Shown here: piece after piece, positions 19,765 through 29,917 of the stretch | Layout: each line of letters starts with the position of its first letter | How positions within the stretch are numbered: position 1 is the first letter of the stretch | From: Candidatus Dormiibacterota bacterium | Lineage (GTDB): Bacteria > Chloroflexota > Dormibacteria > Aeolococcales > Aeolococcaceae | Reading direction: 5' to 3' | DNA: 64,000 nt | Assembly (NCBI GenBank): GCA_963718525.1 | Contig: OY970355.1 | Span: forward strand, 2,624,001-2,688,000 | The notes under the pieces: model-generated | The model's database searches: none | What the model saw: the letters and a program-made list of their open reading frames with translations, nothing else | What the model was told of the DNA's origin: nothing | Program-made: the position numbers and the translations under genes

Positions 19765-21046
19765 CCGAAGCCAGGGTTCGAGCGAACAACTCGACAGTCC
19801 TGTCCACGTCCTCGGCTGTATGCGCGGTCGAAAGAAATGCGGTCTCGAATTGCGACGGTGGCCAGAGGATCCCGGCATCCAGCCAGGCCTCGTGGAGCCG
19901 CCCGAAGCGCTCCCGGTCGGCCTGCTGCACGTCCTTGAAGGAGCGGGCGGACTCGATCCCGATGAACGGCGTCACCATGCTGCCGACCCGTCCGACCGTG
20001 CACACCACTCCGGCTGCTGCGGCCGCTTCGGCGAAGCCGGTCTCAAGGCGCTCGCCGAGACGCTCCAAGCTCTGGTATAGCCCGGGATCACCGTGGAGCA
20101 CGTCAAGCGCCGCAATCCCCGCCGCCATTGCCGGGGGGCTGCCGGAGAGCGTGCCAGCCTGGTAGACCGGGCCTGATGGCGCGACCTGTTCCATGAGGTG
20201 GCGGCGGCCACCGTACGCGCCGACCGGGAGTCCGCCGCCGATCACCTTGCCGAAGAGGGTGAGATCGGGGCGGACGCCGTAGAGCGCCTGAGCACCACCG
20301 AAGGCCACGCGGAAACCGGTCATCACTTCATCGAATACGAGCAGAGCACCCCATTTGGATGTGATATCGCGAAGTTCGTCCAGGAAGCCGGGTTCCGGAG
20401 GCACGCATCCCATGTTTCCGGCGATCGGCTCCACGATCACGGCGGCGATACGGTCGCCATCGCGCTCGAAGAGCGCGGCAACCGCTTCGTGGTTGTTGTA
20501 CGGCGCGACGATGGTGTCTGCGACGGCAGCGGCCGGAACTCCGGGAGAGCCGGGGATTGCCAGGGTCGCGATCCCGGAACCTGCCTCGGCGAGCAGGGCG
20601 TCGGCGTGGCCGTGATACCCCCCGGCGAATTTGACGATGCGATCGCGGCCAGTCGCGGCACGAGCGAGCCGGATGGCCGACATCGCCGCCTCGGTGCCCG
20701 ATGAGACGAGGCGCACCATCTCGACCAAGTCCACCGCGTCGACGATCCGCTCCGCGAGCTCGACCTCGAGCTCAACCGTATGACCGAAGGCCATCCCCCG
20801 TTCCAGCTGGGCGCGAACCGCCGCGAGGATCTGGGGTGGCTGATGGCCGAGGATGTGCGGACCGTAGGCCAGCACGAAGTCGATGAAGTCGTTGCCGTCC
20901 GCGTCGACGACGTGGGCTCCATCGCCGCGAACGATATGGGGCGGGACCCCGGGAACGGCGCGATAGGCACGAACCGGGCTGTCGACGCCCCCCGGAAGCA
21001 CCCGTTCCGCCCGAGCGCGCAGCGCCCGGGCCTTGCCGTCCTTCAC
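19754..21046 (-). CDS. hemL: Glutamate-1-semialdehyde 2,1-aminomutase
   Basis: PGGVDSPVRA, SGTEA, YHGH, FDEVMTGFR, GKVIGGGLPVG, YQAGTLSG; hem operon context. Confidence 0.96.
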   Translation of the reverse strand: MKDGKARALRARAERVLPGGVDSPVRAYRAVPGVPPHIVRGDGAHVVDADGNDFIDFVLAYGPHILGHQPPQILAAVRAQLERGMAFGHTVELEVELAERIVDAVDLVEMVRLVSSGTEAAMSAIRLARAATGRDRIVKFAGGYHGHADALLAEAGSGIATLAIPGSPGVPAAAVADTIVAPYNNHEAVAALFERDGDRIAAVIVEPIAGNMGCVPPEPGFLDELRDITSKWGALLVFDEVMTGFRVAFGGAQALYGVRPDLTLFGKVIGGGLPVGAYGGRRHLMEQVAPSGPVYQAGTLSGSPPAMAAGIAALDVLHGDPGLYQSLERLGERLETGFAEAAAAAGVVCTVGRVGSMVTPFIGIESARSFKDVQQADRERFGRLHEAWLDAGILWPPSQFETAFLSTAHTAEDVDRTVELFARTLASVSV

Positions 21047-21050
21047 GGCA

Positions 21051-21833
21051 CTAGGTCTGCTCGCGCACGGTGATCGACTTCATGACGTCGCCTTGCACGA
21101 TTGCGAGTGCGATGGACATTCCCGACTCCACCTGGCCGAAGAGGTTGTAGGACACCGGGAGCGTGGTGTCGTTCGCGGTGCAGATGAAGAATTGCGAGCC
21201 GTTGGTGTTGGCGCCGCTGTTGGCCATGGCGACGGCGCCCTCGATGTACTGCTGATGCACGGGCTCGTCATTGAACTGAAACCCCGGCCCCCCGCTGCCG
21301 CACGTCGCCGACGGCGTCGCAGGTAACGCGGGCACGTTACCGATGCACTGCGGGTCGCCGCCCTGGATGACGAACTTGGCCACAACCCGATGGAACGGGA
21401 TCCCGTCGAAGAAGTGATTTCGTGCCAGTGTCACGAATACGTTGACGGTGTTCGGCGCGAGATCGGGTTGCAGGCACAGGACGATGGTGCCTTTCGAGGT
21501 CACGATCGTTGCCTGGTAGAGCTTGGCGGTGTTGATGGTCATCGCCGGCTGTGCGCTGTAGGTGTGCACGCTGGCAGGCGGGTTGATCGGCTTGAGCACC
21601 GGGCCGAACGTCTTCGTGGCGCAGCTGGCGAACGGGATGGTCGGAGCTGCCGTGACGGTCGGGCTCGGTGTCGGAGTTGGCACTGCGGCAGTCGGTGTCG
21701 GTCGGACGATCGCTGGGAGCGGCGAGCTCGCGCCGTTGACGCCGACGGCGATCGCGATGATCGCCACCACCACCACGGCGCCCGATCCGAGCACCAACGG
21801 AAGGCGGCCCCTGCCGCCAGGCGATGCATTCAT
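21051..21833 (-). CDS. Membrane-anchored cyclophilin-type peptidyl-prolyl isomerase
   Basis: N-terminal TM; FHRVV, FVIQGGDP, MANSG, NGSQFFI. Confidence 0.93.
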   Translation of the reverse strand: MNASPGGRGRLPLVLGSGAVVVVAIIAIAVGVNGASSPLPAIVRPTPTAAVPTPTPSPTVTAAPTIPFASCATKTFGPVLKPINPPASVHTYSAQPAMTINTAKLYQATIVTSKGTIVLCLQPDLAPNTVNVFVTLARNHFFDGIPFHRVVAKFVIQGGDPQCIGNVPALPATPSATCGSGGPGFQFNDEPVHQQYIEGAVAMANSGANTNGSQFFICTANDTTLPVSYNLFGQVESGMSIALAIVQGDVMKSITVREQT

Positions 21834-21837
21834 CGAT

Positions 21838-22827
21838 TCACTCCTGGGTTTCCGCGAGCCAGCCTGCGGCGGCGCGCGCGTCGTACGTGATGATCATGTC
21901 GGCGCCGGCGCGGCGGATGCCGCCGAGCGCTTCGAGGACGGCAGCGCGCTCGTCGAACGCGCCGGCAGCCGCTGCATGATGGAGCATCGCAAACTCGCCG
22001 CTGACGCAGTACGCGGCAACGGGGAGGTCGGTTGCGTCGCGCACACGCGCGACAACGTCGAGATACGTCAGCGCCGGCTTCACCATCACCATATCCGCGC
22101 CTTCCTCGACGTCGAGGAGGGCTTCGCGAACGGCCTCGCGCTGATTGGCCGGGTCCATCTGGTAGGAGCGCCGATCTCCGGTTTGCGGAGCGCAGTCGGC
22201 GGCGTCGCGGAATGGCCCGTAGAGCACGGTGGCGAACTTCGCGCTGTAGGCGAGAATCGCCGTGTCGGTGAACCCCGATGTGTCCAGCGCGTCGCGGATC
22301 GCGGCCACCTGCCCGTCCATCATTCCGCTCGGCGCGATGACGTCCGCTCCGGCAGCCGCCTGGCTGACAGCGGTCCGCGCATACAGCTCCAACGTCGCGT
22401 CGTTGTCGACGTCGCCGTTCTCGAGCAGGAAGCCGCAGTGGCCATGATCGGTGTACTCGCAGAGGCAGCAATCGGCAATCACCACGCACGCGTCCCCAAA
22501 GCGCGCGCGCAGCGCGCGAGTTGCCTGCTGGACGATGCCGTCCTCGGCGAACGCGCCCGACCCCTGCGCATCCTTGGCGGCGGGGAGCCCGAACAGGAGC
22601 ACACCGCCGAGTCCGAGCCCGATTGTCTCCTCCACCGTTGTGCACAGCGAATCGATGGTCTCGTGACGCTGTCCCGGCATCGAGGCGATCGGTTGCGGAG
22701 ATTCGAGGCCCTCGCGAACGAAGGCGGGGTGGATCAGCTGGCCTGCGCTGAGCCGTGACTCACGGGCCAGGCGGCGGAGCGCCGGGGTACGGCGCAGACG
22801 GCGTGGTCGTTCGAGAGGGAATCCCAT
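21838..22827 (-). CDS. hemB: Porphobilinogen synthase
   Basis: DCCLCEYTDHGHCG, APSGMMDG, VMVKP, SGEF. Confidence 0.97.
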   Translation of the reverse strand: MGFPLERPRRLRRTPALRRLARESRLSAGQLIHPAFVREGLESPQPIASMPGQRHETIDSLCTTVEETIGLGLGGVLLFGLPAAKDAQGSGAFAEDGIVQQATRALRARFGDACVVIADCCLCEYTDHGHCGFLLENGDVDNDATLELYARTAVSQAAAGADVIAPSGMMDGQVAAIRDALDTSGFTDTAILAYSAKFATVLYGPFRDAADCAPQTGDRRSYQMDPANQREAVREALLDVEEGADMVMVKPALTYLDVVARVRDATDLPVAAYCVSGEFAMLHHAAAAGAFDERAAVLEALGGIRRAGADMIITYDARAAAGWLAETQE

Positions 22828-22837
22828 GGTTCGACCC

Positions 22838-23620
22838 TCAGCGTAGCGGCTGGGGGGTCAGGCACTCGATCAGCGCACGCACGAGGCCCTCGACCGTGGC
22901 CACGCCGGCCACGGCGCGGACGGCGAGGCCGGCGGTGCGCGCCGCCGCTGCCGTGTGGTCGCCGATGCACACGATCACCGCCTCTGGCGGAGGTGCCTCC
23001 CCGCCAAGTGCCTCGACGAGGTGCCGTGCGGTGCTGCCGCTGGTGAGCGTGATCGCGTCGACCCCACCGGCAAAGGCGGCGCGGAGCCTGTCGGGCGCAG
23101 ACTCCGGCATGACGCTCCTATAGACCCGCTGCACCGTGACCATCGCCCCGCCTGTGCGGAGCGCCTCGGCCAATCCGGCGCGGGCGCCTTCGGCCACCGG
23201 CAGCCAGACGCTGCCCCCCGAGACCCCGCGCTCCAGCATCGAACGGGCAAGCCCGTCGGCGTCGGACTCGCCCGCCACCAGTTCGGGATCAACGCCTTCG
23301 GCTGTGAGCGATGCGGCCGTCGCCGGCCCGACGGCGGCGACCAGGAGGCCGGAGATGGCCCCTCGACCTGCCGCACCGAGAACGAGACGCACGGCGGTCG
23401 CGCTCGTGAACGCGACCCAGCGTGGCGACGCTCCCGCCTGGGCTTCGCCTGCGGTCCGAACGATCGAGTCGGGATCCGCGATCGGCACCGTCGTGATCAG
23501 CGGGACGATGGCCACCGACGCACCGGCGGCATGGAGGCGGTCCACCAGGCCCGTGGCCTGCTCGCGGGTCCTGGTCACGAGCACGCGTCGTCCGGCCAGG
23601 GGAGCTGAGAGCTCGGTCAC
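22838..23620 (-). CDS. hemD: Uroporphyrinogen-III synthase
   Basis: VLVTR, FTSATAV, AVGPAT, TSGS, CIG. Confidence 0.92.
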   Translation of the reverse strand: MTELSAPLAGRRVLVTRTREQATGLVDRLHAAGASVAIVPLITTVPIADPDSIVRTAGEAQAGASPRWVAFTSATAVRLVLGAAGRGAISGLLVAAVGPATAASLTAEGVDPELVAGESDADGLARSMLERGVSGGSVWLPVAEGARAGLAEALRTGGAMVTVQRVYRSVMPESAPDRLRAAFAGGVDAITLTSGSTARHLVEALGGEAPPPEAVIVCIGDHTAAAARTAGLAVRAVAGVATVEGLVRALIECLTPQPLR

Positions 23621-24504
23621 CGCAGGCGCGCGGCGACTGCCTCGCCGAGCGCCTCCGGGGTCTCGACACTACCGGTGGCCTCCGTTCGCCGGATCTCCCC
23701 GTCAACCACCAGCGCTGCGACCAGGATCATGCGGTCGCCGTCGATCCGCGCCCACGCCCCCAGGGGCAGCAGGCATCCGCCCCCGAGGCCCGCGAGGACT
23801 GCCCTCTCGGCGGTCACAGCAACCCTCGTGGCCCGGTCGTCGACGGATTCGCAAGCGCTCGCAACTGGGGAGTTGGTGACCGTCTCCAGGGCGATGGCGC
23901 CTTGAGCCGGGGATGGGACGAACTCGGCTGGATCCAGTCGCTGCGTCACGCGATGGCCGAGCGAGAGGCGATCGAGGCCGGCGCATGCGAGCAGGAGCGC
24001 ATCGAAGTCTCCTGAGTCGAGCTTGCGCAACCGTGTGTCGACGTTGCCACGCACTGCGACTGGTCGCAGGCCGGGATACAGCGCTGCGAGCAGACCGGCT
24101 CGACGGGCGCTGCTGGTTCCCACCGTCGCACCGAGGGGAAGGGCATCAAGAGGAGCGCCGCTTGCCGACACCACACCGTCGCGGGCGTCCGCTCGCGCGA
24201 GATAGGCGGCGACGCTCAGCCCGGGTGCGAGCGCCGACGGCAGGTCCTTTGCGCTGTGCACTGCCACGTCGGCTCGGCCGTCGAGCAGGCTTCGTTCGAG
24301 ATCGGCGGTGAACCAGCCCTGGCCCTCGAGCTGATCGATCGGGGCGTTGCCCCGGCGATCTCCCTCGGTCCGGACCACGAGCGTCTCGAGGTGATCACGC
24401 CCGTTTGTGCGCAGGGCATCCGACGCCAGCGCCGTCTGACACAGCGCGAGTGCGCTGCCCCGCGTCGCCAGCCGAAGCGTGGAGGTATCCGCGGCCGGCC
24501 TCAA
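23617..24504 (-). CDS. hemC: Hydroxymethylbilane synthase
   Basis: ATRGSALAL.Q, AVHSAKDLP, GTSSARR, RGNVDTRL, GGGC. Confidence 0.96.
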   Translation of the reverse strand: MRPAADTSTLRLATRGSALALCQTALASDALRTNGRDHLETLVVRTEGDRRGNAPIDQLEGQGWFTADLERSLLDGRADVAVHSAKDLPSALAPGLSVAAYLARADARDGVVSASGAPLDALPLGATVGTSSARRAGLLAALYPGLRPVAVRGNVDTRLRKLDSGDFDALLLACAGLDRLSLGHRVTQRLDPAEFVPSPAQGAIALETVTNSPVASACESVDDRATRVAVTAERAVLAGLGGGCLLPLGAWARIDGDRMILVAALVVDGEIRRTEATGSVETPEALGEAVAARLR

Positions 24505-25748
24505 CGATCGAGCCGGAAGGCCTCGCGGATCGCCAGTGCGGTCGCCGGGTCTTCCGCCTCGCGGAGTCGCGTCACCGGGCCGTGCAGCAGCTTGCGCACC
24601 ATGCTTCGAGTGAGCGTGTCGATGCGAGCTCGTGTCTCGTCATCGATCTCGCGCCCGCCGCTGAAGGTTCGAGCCACCTCCCGCGCACGAAGTGCCTCGG
24701 CCCATTCGACGAGCGCGGCGATGGTGGGGCCGGCCGTGTCGCGCTGTCCGATCACCGTGACGGTCTTTTCGAGCTCCGTTTCGATGATCTTCTCTGCAGC
24801 CGGAACGATTTCGCGACGCTGGTCGAGGCGCGCGCCCGCCCGGCGCCCGAGCTCATCAATGTCGATGAGCGTGACGCCGGGGACCCTCTCCGCCGCAGCG
24901 TCGATGTCGCGGGGAACCGCCATGTCGACGATGCACAACGGGCGGCGCTCGCGCCGGCGCTGCATCTCGGCGATGGCGGCCGCATCGAAGATGGTCGTCG
25001 GGCTGTCGGTGGACGAGATGATCACATCCACTCGGTCTGCCACCTGTGCGACGTCCGCGAGCGCCACGGTTTCGGCGCCGACTGCCCTCGCGAGGAGACG
25101 GCTCGACTCACCTCGCGAGGTGGTCATGATCCGGGCACCCTGGTCGTGCAGCCGGTTTGCGGCCAGCCGGCTCATCTTTCCGGCGCCGACGAGCAGCACG
25201 CCCCTGCCGTCGAGGTCCCCGCACGATGCCCGAGCGCACTCCACCGCCACCTCGCTGAGGCTCGCGGCGCCCCTGCCGAGGGACGTGTCGGTGCGCACGC
25301 GCTTGGCGGTCGAGATGGCTCGGCGCATCACGTAGTCGAGCCGAGCGTCGACAGTCCCCGCGTCTTTCGCCGCCCGGTGCGCGCCCTTGAACTGCCCCAG
25401 CACCTGCGCCTCGCCGATCACCATGCTCTCGAGGCCACTCGCCACCCGGAACATGTGCATCGCCGCCTCGCGATCCTCGAGGGTGATCATGTGCCGCTCG
25501 AGGTCTCGCGTGCCTCCTGGGTCGAGGTAGCGGGCGAGGCGCGGAGTCACCTCAGCGCTGAGGTTGTCGGGGCACACCACGTAGAAATCGGTGCGGTTGC
25601 AAGTGGACAGCAGCGCTGCGCCGTGCAGTCCGGCGTGCCCCACCAGATATCTCAGCGTGGTTGCAGCACGCGCCGCTGGGATGGCCGCTGCCTCCCGCAC
25701 AGCCAGTGGAGCGGTGCGAAAGCTCAGCCCGGCGGCTACCAGTCGCAT
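24501..25748 (-). CDS. hemA: Glutamyl-tRNA reductase
   Basis: STCNR, GLESMVIGEAQ, GAGKM, DMAVPRD; start ATG 25748 or GTG 25751. Confidence 0.96.
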   Translation of the reverse strand: MRLVAAGLSFRTAPLAVREAAAIPAARAATTLRYLVGHAGLHGAALLSTCNRTDFYVVCPDNLSAEVTPRLARYLDPGGTRDLERHMITLEDREAAMHMFRVASGLESMVIGEAQVLGQFKGAHRAAKDAGTVDARLDYVMRRAISTAKRVRTDTSLGRGAASLSEVAVECARASCGDLDGRGVLLVGAGKMSRLAANRLHDQGARIMTTSRGESSRLLARAVGAETVALADVAQVADRVDVIISSTDSPTTIFDAAAIAEMQRRRERRPLCIVDMAVPRDIDAAAERVPGVTLIDIDELGRRAGARLDQRREIVPAAEKIIETELEKTVTVIGQRDTAGPTIAALVEWAEALRAREVARTFSGGREIDDETRARIDTLTRSMVRKLLHGPVTRLREAEDPATALAIREAFRLDR

Positions 25749-25818
25749 CACGAGCGAGTATAGGTTGGAGGCACACGTCCACCGGTTCCCCCGTGCCGGA
25801 GTTCTAGGATGGGGGTGT

Positions 25819-26610
25819 ATGGAAGCTCGCCGGCGATATGGTCGCCGCCGAGGGAGGGTCCCCACGGGCGACAAATTTCTGCCGCGGCTCGGTCCGGCTG
25901 GAGCCGAGCCCTTCGCGACGCTGGACGATGCCATCAACTCATGGACGGCGGAACGACCATCCCCGGACACACCAATAGAGGCGCTCCAGTTCGTCGCACT
26001 CGATTGCGAGACCACTGGGCAGTCGCCTCATCACCTCGTGGAGCTGGGAGCGGTTGCGTTCACGTTGCGCGACCACCTGATGAGCTTCGAGACGCTGGTG
26101 CACAGCAATGATCGGATCAACCCGTACGCCCGCCGGATTCACGGCATCGACGCCGCCACCCTGAACGGCGCACCGCCGGTATCGCTGGTCGTCGAGCGGT
26201 TTCAGCGCTTCGCCAAAGGCGCGGTCCTCGTGGAGCACAGCGCTGACGCGTTTGACACACGGCTGATCGGCCGCGCCATCGGATCGAGCCTTGACGCCGA
26301 CAACGTCGACACCACGAGGCTCGCGGCGAAGCTGTTCGATCTCAAGGACACCATCGGTCTCGAGCGCCTGTGCCGCGAATTGGGAGTCGTGCACCGCAAG
26401 CCGCATCACGCGCTTGCCGATGCGGAGGCGACCGCCGCCTGCTTCGTCGAGCTGGTTCGACGAGGGAGCGAGCGCTTCAACTGGCGCACGCTCGGTGACC
26501 TGCTTGTCGCCGGAAAACCACCTGCCTTCGCTGCTGATGTCGGGGTCGCGCCCCCCGGCGCGCAGACGAAAGGAAACGATTCGACCCCTCGAACCCGACG
26601 GCGGCGTTGA
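25819..26610 (+). CDS. DEDDh 3'-5' exonuclease (DnaQ/PolC-like)
   Basis: LDCETTG, H...FD, HHALADA. Confidence 0.88.
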   Translation: MEARRRYGRRRGRVPTGDKFLPRLGPAGAEPFATLDDAINSWTAERPSPDTPIEALQFVALDCETTGQSPHHLVELGAVAFTLRDHLMSFETLVHSNDRINPYARRIHGIDAATLNGAPPVSLVVERFQRFAKGAVLVEHSADAFDTRLIGRAIGSSLDADNVDTTRLAAKLFDLKDTIGLERLCRELGVVHRKPHHALADAEATAACFVELVRRGSERFNWRTLGDLLVAGKPPAFAADVGVAPPGAQTKGNDSTPRTRRRR

Positions 26611-26714
26611 CAGTACGCCCAGCGCTGCATACCATCCACTCGAACCAACCACACTCATCCGGGCTCTCGTCGCGCGTCCGGAACTTCATCCCGGTTCATC
26701 TCGAGGACTCAGCG

Positions 26715-27170
26715 ATGCCCAGCCGCATTGACAGGGCCGAGGCGATCGGTGCCGGATCAGCCGCTCTCGGCATTCTCTCAGCGTTCCTTCCGTGGTATGG
26801 CTACGCCGCCGCCAATTCCCATGTGACCGTCAACGCATTTCGCGCGTCAGCGCTTGGCGATGTGTTCTTTGTCGCCGTTGCCGCCGTGGTCCTGCTGCTG
26901 CTGATCGGCAAAGGATTTGTCGATGACGTGGTCACGCCATACATTCCCGAGACCACGGCACATGCCATCGCGGCGGCGCTGGCGATGGGGAGTGTCCTCG
27001 TTCAAATGATCCTCACCAGAGCAAGCGGACGCTCCTTCGGCATCGGTCTCTTTTTAGCGCTGGTTGCGGCCGCGGGACTGTGCACCGCGGCAGTCCTCCG
27101 ACGGCTGCATCCGGACCGCCGTCGAATTGTCCGCGAACCCCTTTCCCATGAGGGTCTGATTACCCCATAA
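26715..27170 (+). CDS. Hypothetical 4-TM membrane protein
   Basis: SD GAGGA before ATG; FLPWY motif; hydrophobic segments. Confidence 0.7.
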   Translation: MPSRIDRAEAIGAGSAALGILSAFLPWYGYAAANSHVTVNAFRASALGDVFFVAVAAVVLLLLIGKGFVDDVVTPYIPETTAHAIAAALAMGSVLVQMILTRASGRSFGIGLFLALVAAAGLCTAAVLRRLHPDRRRIVREPLSHEGLITP

Positions 27171-27260
27171 TCCACCCGACCCGCGCTTGGGGGACGTGGC
27201 GCCCCGAGCCGCGTTCGCTGCCACAGCTGCTCATCTACGCTGGGAGGAACACCCGAAGCA

Positions 27261-27809
27261 ATGGCCAACATTCTGACCGACCCGCCCTTTGCAGCAGATC
27301 CACCGATCAAGTTGAACGTCCCAGCAAAGACGCTCGGATTGGTCATCGGGATTCTGGCGATCATCGGCATCATCATCGACCTGATCGCGCTGCCGGTGGT
27401 CTTTGCTCTGAACAACACCGTCAACACGCTCTGCAGCGAAGTCAATGGGCTGAACTGCGGGACAACGGGCATCTTCGGACTGGCACTGATCGGAGTGCTG
27501 ATCGGCCTCGTGGGCTCGATCCTCTATGCGTTCGGTGGCTTCCGTATGTACCAGCTCAACCGCTCGGGCAAGGACCTTGTGATCTACGGCCTGGTGGTCA
27601 ACCTGGTCGGCGGAATCTTCGCGATCATCGGCTACGGGGGAATCGGCAGCTTCATCTTCAGCCTGATCATCGCGGTGGTCGTCTACTACCTCGTGGTGAT
27701 CAGCCGCTGGCCCGGTGATGCGCCCCTGGTTCCAACCGGAACGACCGGCGGATACGGCAATCCCCCTGGCGGCTACGGAAGCCCGCCACCTCCCCCGCCC
27801 AGCGTCTGA
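27261..27809 (+). CDS. Hypothetical 4-TM membrane protein with Gly/Pro-rich C-tail
   Basis: SD GGAGGA; strong GC3 bias; four hydrophobic helices. Confidence 0.8.
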   Translation: MANILTDPPFAADPPIKLNVPAKTLGLVIGILAIIGIIIDLIALPVVFALNNTVNTLCSEVNGLNCGTTGIFGLALIGVLIGLVGSILYAFGGFRMYQLNRSGKDLVIYGLVVNLVGGIFAIIGYGGIGSFIFSLIIAVVVYYLVVISRWPGDAPLVPTGTTGGYGNPPGGYGSPPPPPPSV

Positions 27810-27857
27810 CATCTGGCAGGCGTTCGCGAACGCACCTCGCCGCGAGGGGCGCTTGAC

Positions 27858-28262
27858 GTGCCATCGGAGGTTGCAGGCGGGCAACGGTCCGATGGCACGG
27901 TCGAGATCGCGGGCCGCCCGATCGTCGGCAAGCTCGATGCATTGAGTGCCCCGGACGACGAGTCAGACGCGCTTGTCTACCCGCGTGCCGGAAATGGCGC
28001 CGGCGTCGCGGCAGGAGTTTGCGGGATCGTCGCGCTGGCGGTCTCGTGGATCCCATTTGTCGACTACACGAGCCTTGTGCTCGGTGCCCTGGCGATCGTC
28101 CTCGCGGGCATCGGCATCCACCGCGCAAATGCGGATCCCGGCAGAGGCAAGGCACTGGCGATCGTGGGGTTGGTGTGCGGCATCGCGGGCTTCGCGATCG
28201 CGGCGATTGTCCTGCTGCTGATCTACGCACTGGTGACCACGATCAACGTCGCCGGCGGTTAG
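27858..28262 (+). CDS. DUF4190-like membrane protein
   Basis: NGAGVAA.VCGI...LAIVL.GIG...GKALAIVGLVCG. Confidence 0.7.
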   Translation: MPSEVAGGQRSDGTVEIAGRPIVGKLDALSAPDDESDALVYPRAGNGAGVAAGVCGIVALAVSWIPFVDYTSLVLGALAIVLAGIGIHRANADPGRGKALAIVGLVCGIAGFAIAAIVLLLIYALVTTINVAGG

Positions 28263-28271
28263 CCCGAAGGG

Positions 28272-29291
28272 TCAGACGCTGAAGTCGGCCACCACCGGGT
28301 AGTGGTCCGACGCGACGGCGGCGTCGGCATCGGGCCACGTCCTGCCGCCGACCACGTCCGCACCCAGGGTGTGTGCCGCCAGATCCGGCGTTGCGAGAAC
28401 GTAGTCGACGCGCGCTGACAGCTGCCACGTCGCGCACGTGAGTCCGCGAGCTCGCGGATGGACGTGCCGGTAACAGTCGACATAGCCCTCCTTGTGCAGA
28501 CGCTCCATCGTCCATCGTTCGATGAGGCGTCCGAGAAATCGGTCCATCGCCCGCGACACCGGCAGCCCGACGGTGAGCGGCGACACAACCCGGGGCAGCA
28601 CCGGGATGCCGCCGAGCAGCCTCGGGTCGACACCCGCTCGGCGCCAGCGGTTCGCAAGCTCGTCACCGCCGGCGCCGTCGTTGGGAGCAAGCGGAGTCAG
28701 GATGCCATTGGGTCCGGCCACGAGCAGGCCGGCTCGGCGCAGGTCGTTCATTCGACGGAAGAACGAGGTCGCCAGGATGTCGTCGCCTGGCGACAGCGCA
28801 TTGAAGTCGCCGATGAGCATGTGCGGCAGAGGCGGCTCGTCGGCGATATCGGTGAGCACAGCACCGATCTCGCGAATGCGCCGCGCCTCCCCCTTGTTGC
28901 GGTCGCCAAATCGTGCGGCGAGGTGCAGGCAGTGAACACCCACCACGGGAAGCTCGGCGCCGCCGGTCTCGATATCGCAGTGGAGATGGGAGCGCAGCAT
29001 TCGCCCGTGGTGGCGGCGGTTGCGCCAGGCACGTACCGGCAGGCGCGTGAGGATCGCGGTGTGCATCGGCGAGGCGGGATCGCTCGGCTCGCCGACGAAC
29101 ATCTCCATCCCGAGCTCACCCGCGAGATCGCGAACGGTGTCCACCTCGCGAACCTCCTGGAGCGCTACGACGTCCGCGTCGACGCGCCGGAGGACGTTGC
29201 AGACCAGATCGTGGCGACGCTCACCACCGAGGAGGATGTTGTACGTGGCGACGCGCATGCTGCGCGGCACGGTTTTTCTGGTGCGCGACAT
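28272..29291 (-). CDS. Endonuclease/exonuclease/phosphatase (EEP) family protein
   Basis: TYNI, ALQE, GDFN, RVDYV, SDHYPV. Confidence 0.92.
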   Translation of the reverse strand: MSRTRKTVPRSMRVATYNILLGGERRHDLVCNVLRRVDADVVALQEVREVDTVRDLAGELGMEMFVGEPSDPASPMHTAILTRLPVRAWRNRRHHGRMLRSHLHCDIETGGAELPVVGVHCLHLAARFGDRNKGEARRIREIGAVLTDIADEPPLPHMLIGDFNALSPGDDILATSFFRRMNDLRRAGLLVAGPNGILTPLAPNDGAGGDELANRWRRAGVDPRLLGGIPVLPRVVSPLTVGLPVSRAMDRFLGRLIERWTMERLHKEGYVDCYRHVHPRARGLTCATWQLSARVDYVLATPDLAAHTLGADVVGGRTWPDADAAVASDHYPVVADFSV

Positions 29292-29297
29292 CGACCG

Positions 29298-29307
29298 AAC
29301 TTACAAT
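29298..29307. promoter_or_regulatory. Overlapping divergent -10 elements (TAAGTT on -, TACAAT on +)
   Basis: Each lies exactly 6 nt upstream of a start codon (29291 -, 29314 +). Confidence 0.6.
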
Positions 29308-29313
29308 GCCACG

Positions 29314-29898
29314 GTGCAGCCACAGCGCGACGCACATCTCACCGAGCTCGTCTTCCTCGACCGCGGTCCGCTCGCGCTGCGCTGTGTCGCGGTGGCGGTC
29401 GCAGCGGCCGCGTGCGGCGTCGCCGGTACCTTCCTCGTACGCGTGCACCAGTCGCTCGCGGCGCAACTGGCGGCGCACGTGATGCTGAACCCTTTGCAGA
29501 CGCTCATCGCGGACGGCTCAAGCCCACGCACGCTGTGGCCCGGTTGGGTTGCGGCCGTGTGCTTCGCTGCCGCGGTGGTCCGGCTCCGTCGCGGCGCCAC
29601 CGAGCCACCCCCGGGCCGGGGCGACATCGAGCACCAGACACTCGGCCAGCTGCGCGGCGGGCTGCGCCGCGAGTATCGCGTCGTTCGAATTGCGCTGGTC
29701 ATCGTGTGCCTGCTGGCCGCCGTCGATGTTGCGCGCGCGGTGGCGAGCCTGATGGCGGCTCAGGCCGGCGATCAGCGGATCGCGACAACCATGCCGGCGA
29801 CAGTGATCGAGGCGTCGGGCTATGTTGCGGCCGCTGTGGTGCTCGCGGCGTGGGCTCATGCTTTCGGCGGCGAGGTGCGGCGCCTCGGCGCCTTGTGA
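29314..29898 (+). CDS. Hypothetical membrane protein
   Basis: Several hydrophobic segments; GTG 6 nt after TACAAT. Confidence 0.65.
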   Translation: MQPQRDAHLTELVFLDRGPLALRCVAVAVAAAACGVAGTFLVRVHQSLAAQLAAHVMLNPLQTLIADGSSPRTLWPGWVAAVCFAAAVVRLRRGATEPPPGRGDIEHQTLGQLRGGLRREYRVVRIALVIVCLLAAVDVARAVASLMAAQAGDQRIATTMPATVIEASGYVAAAVVLAAWAHAFGGEVRRLGAL

Positions 29899-29917
29899 TC
29901 GTGCGGAGTCGGGCAGC

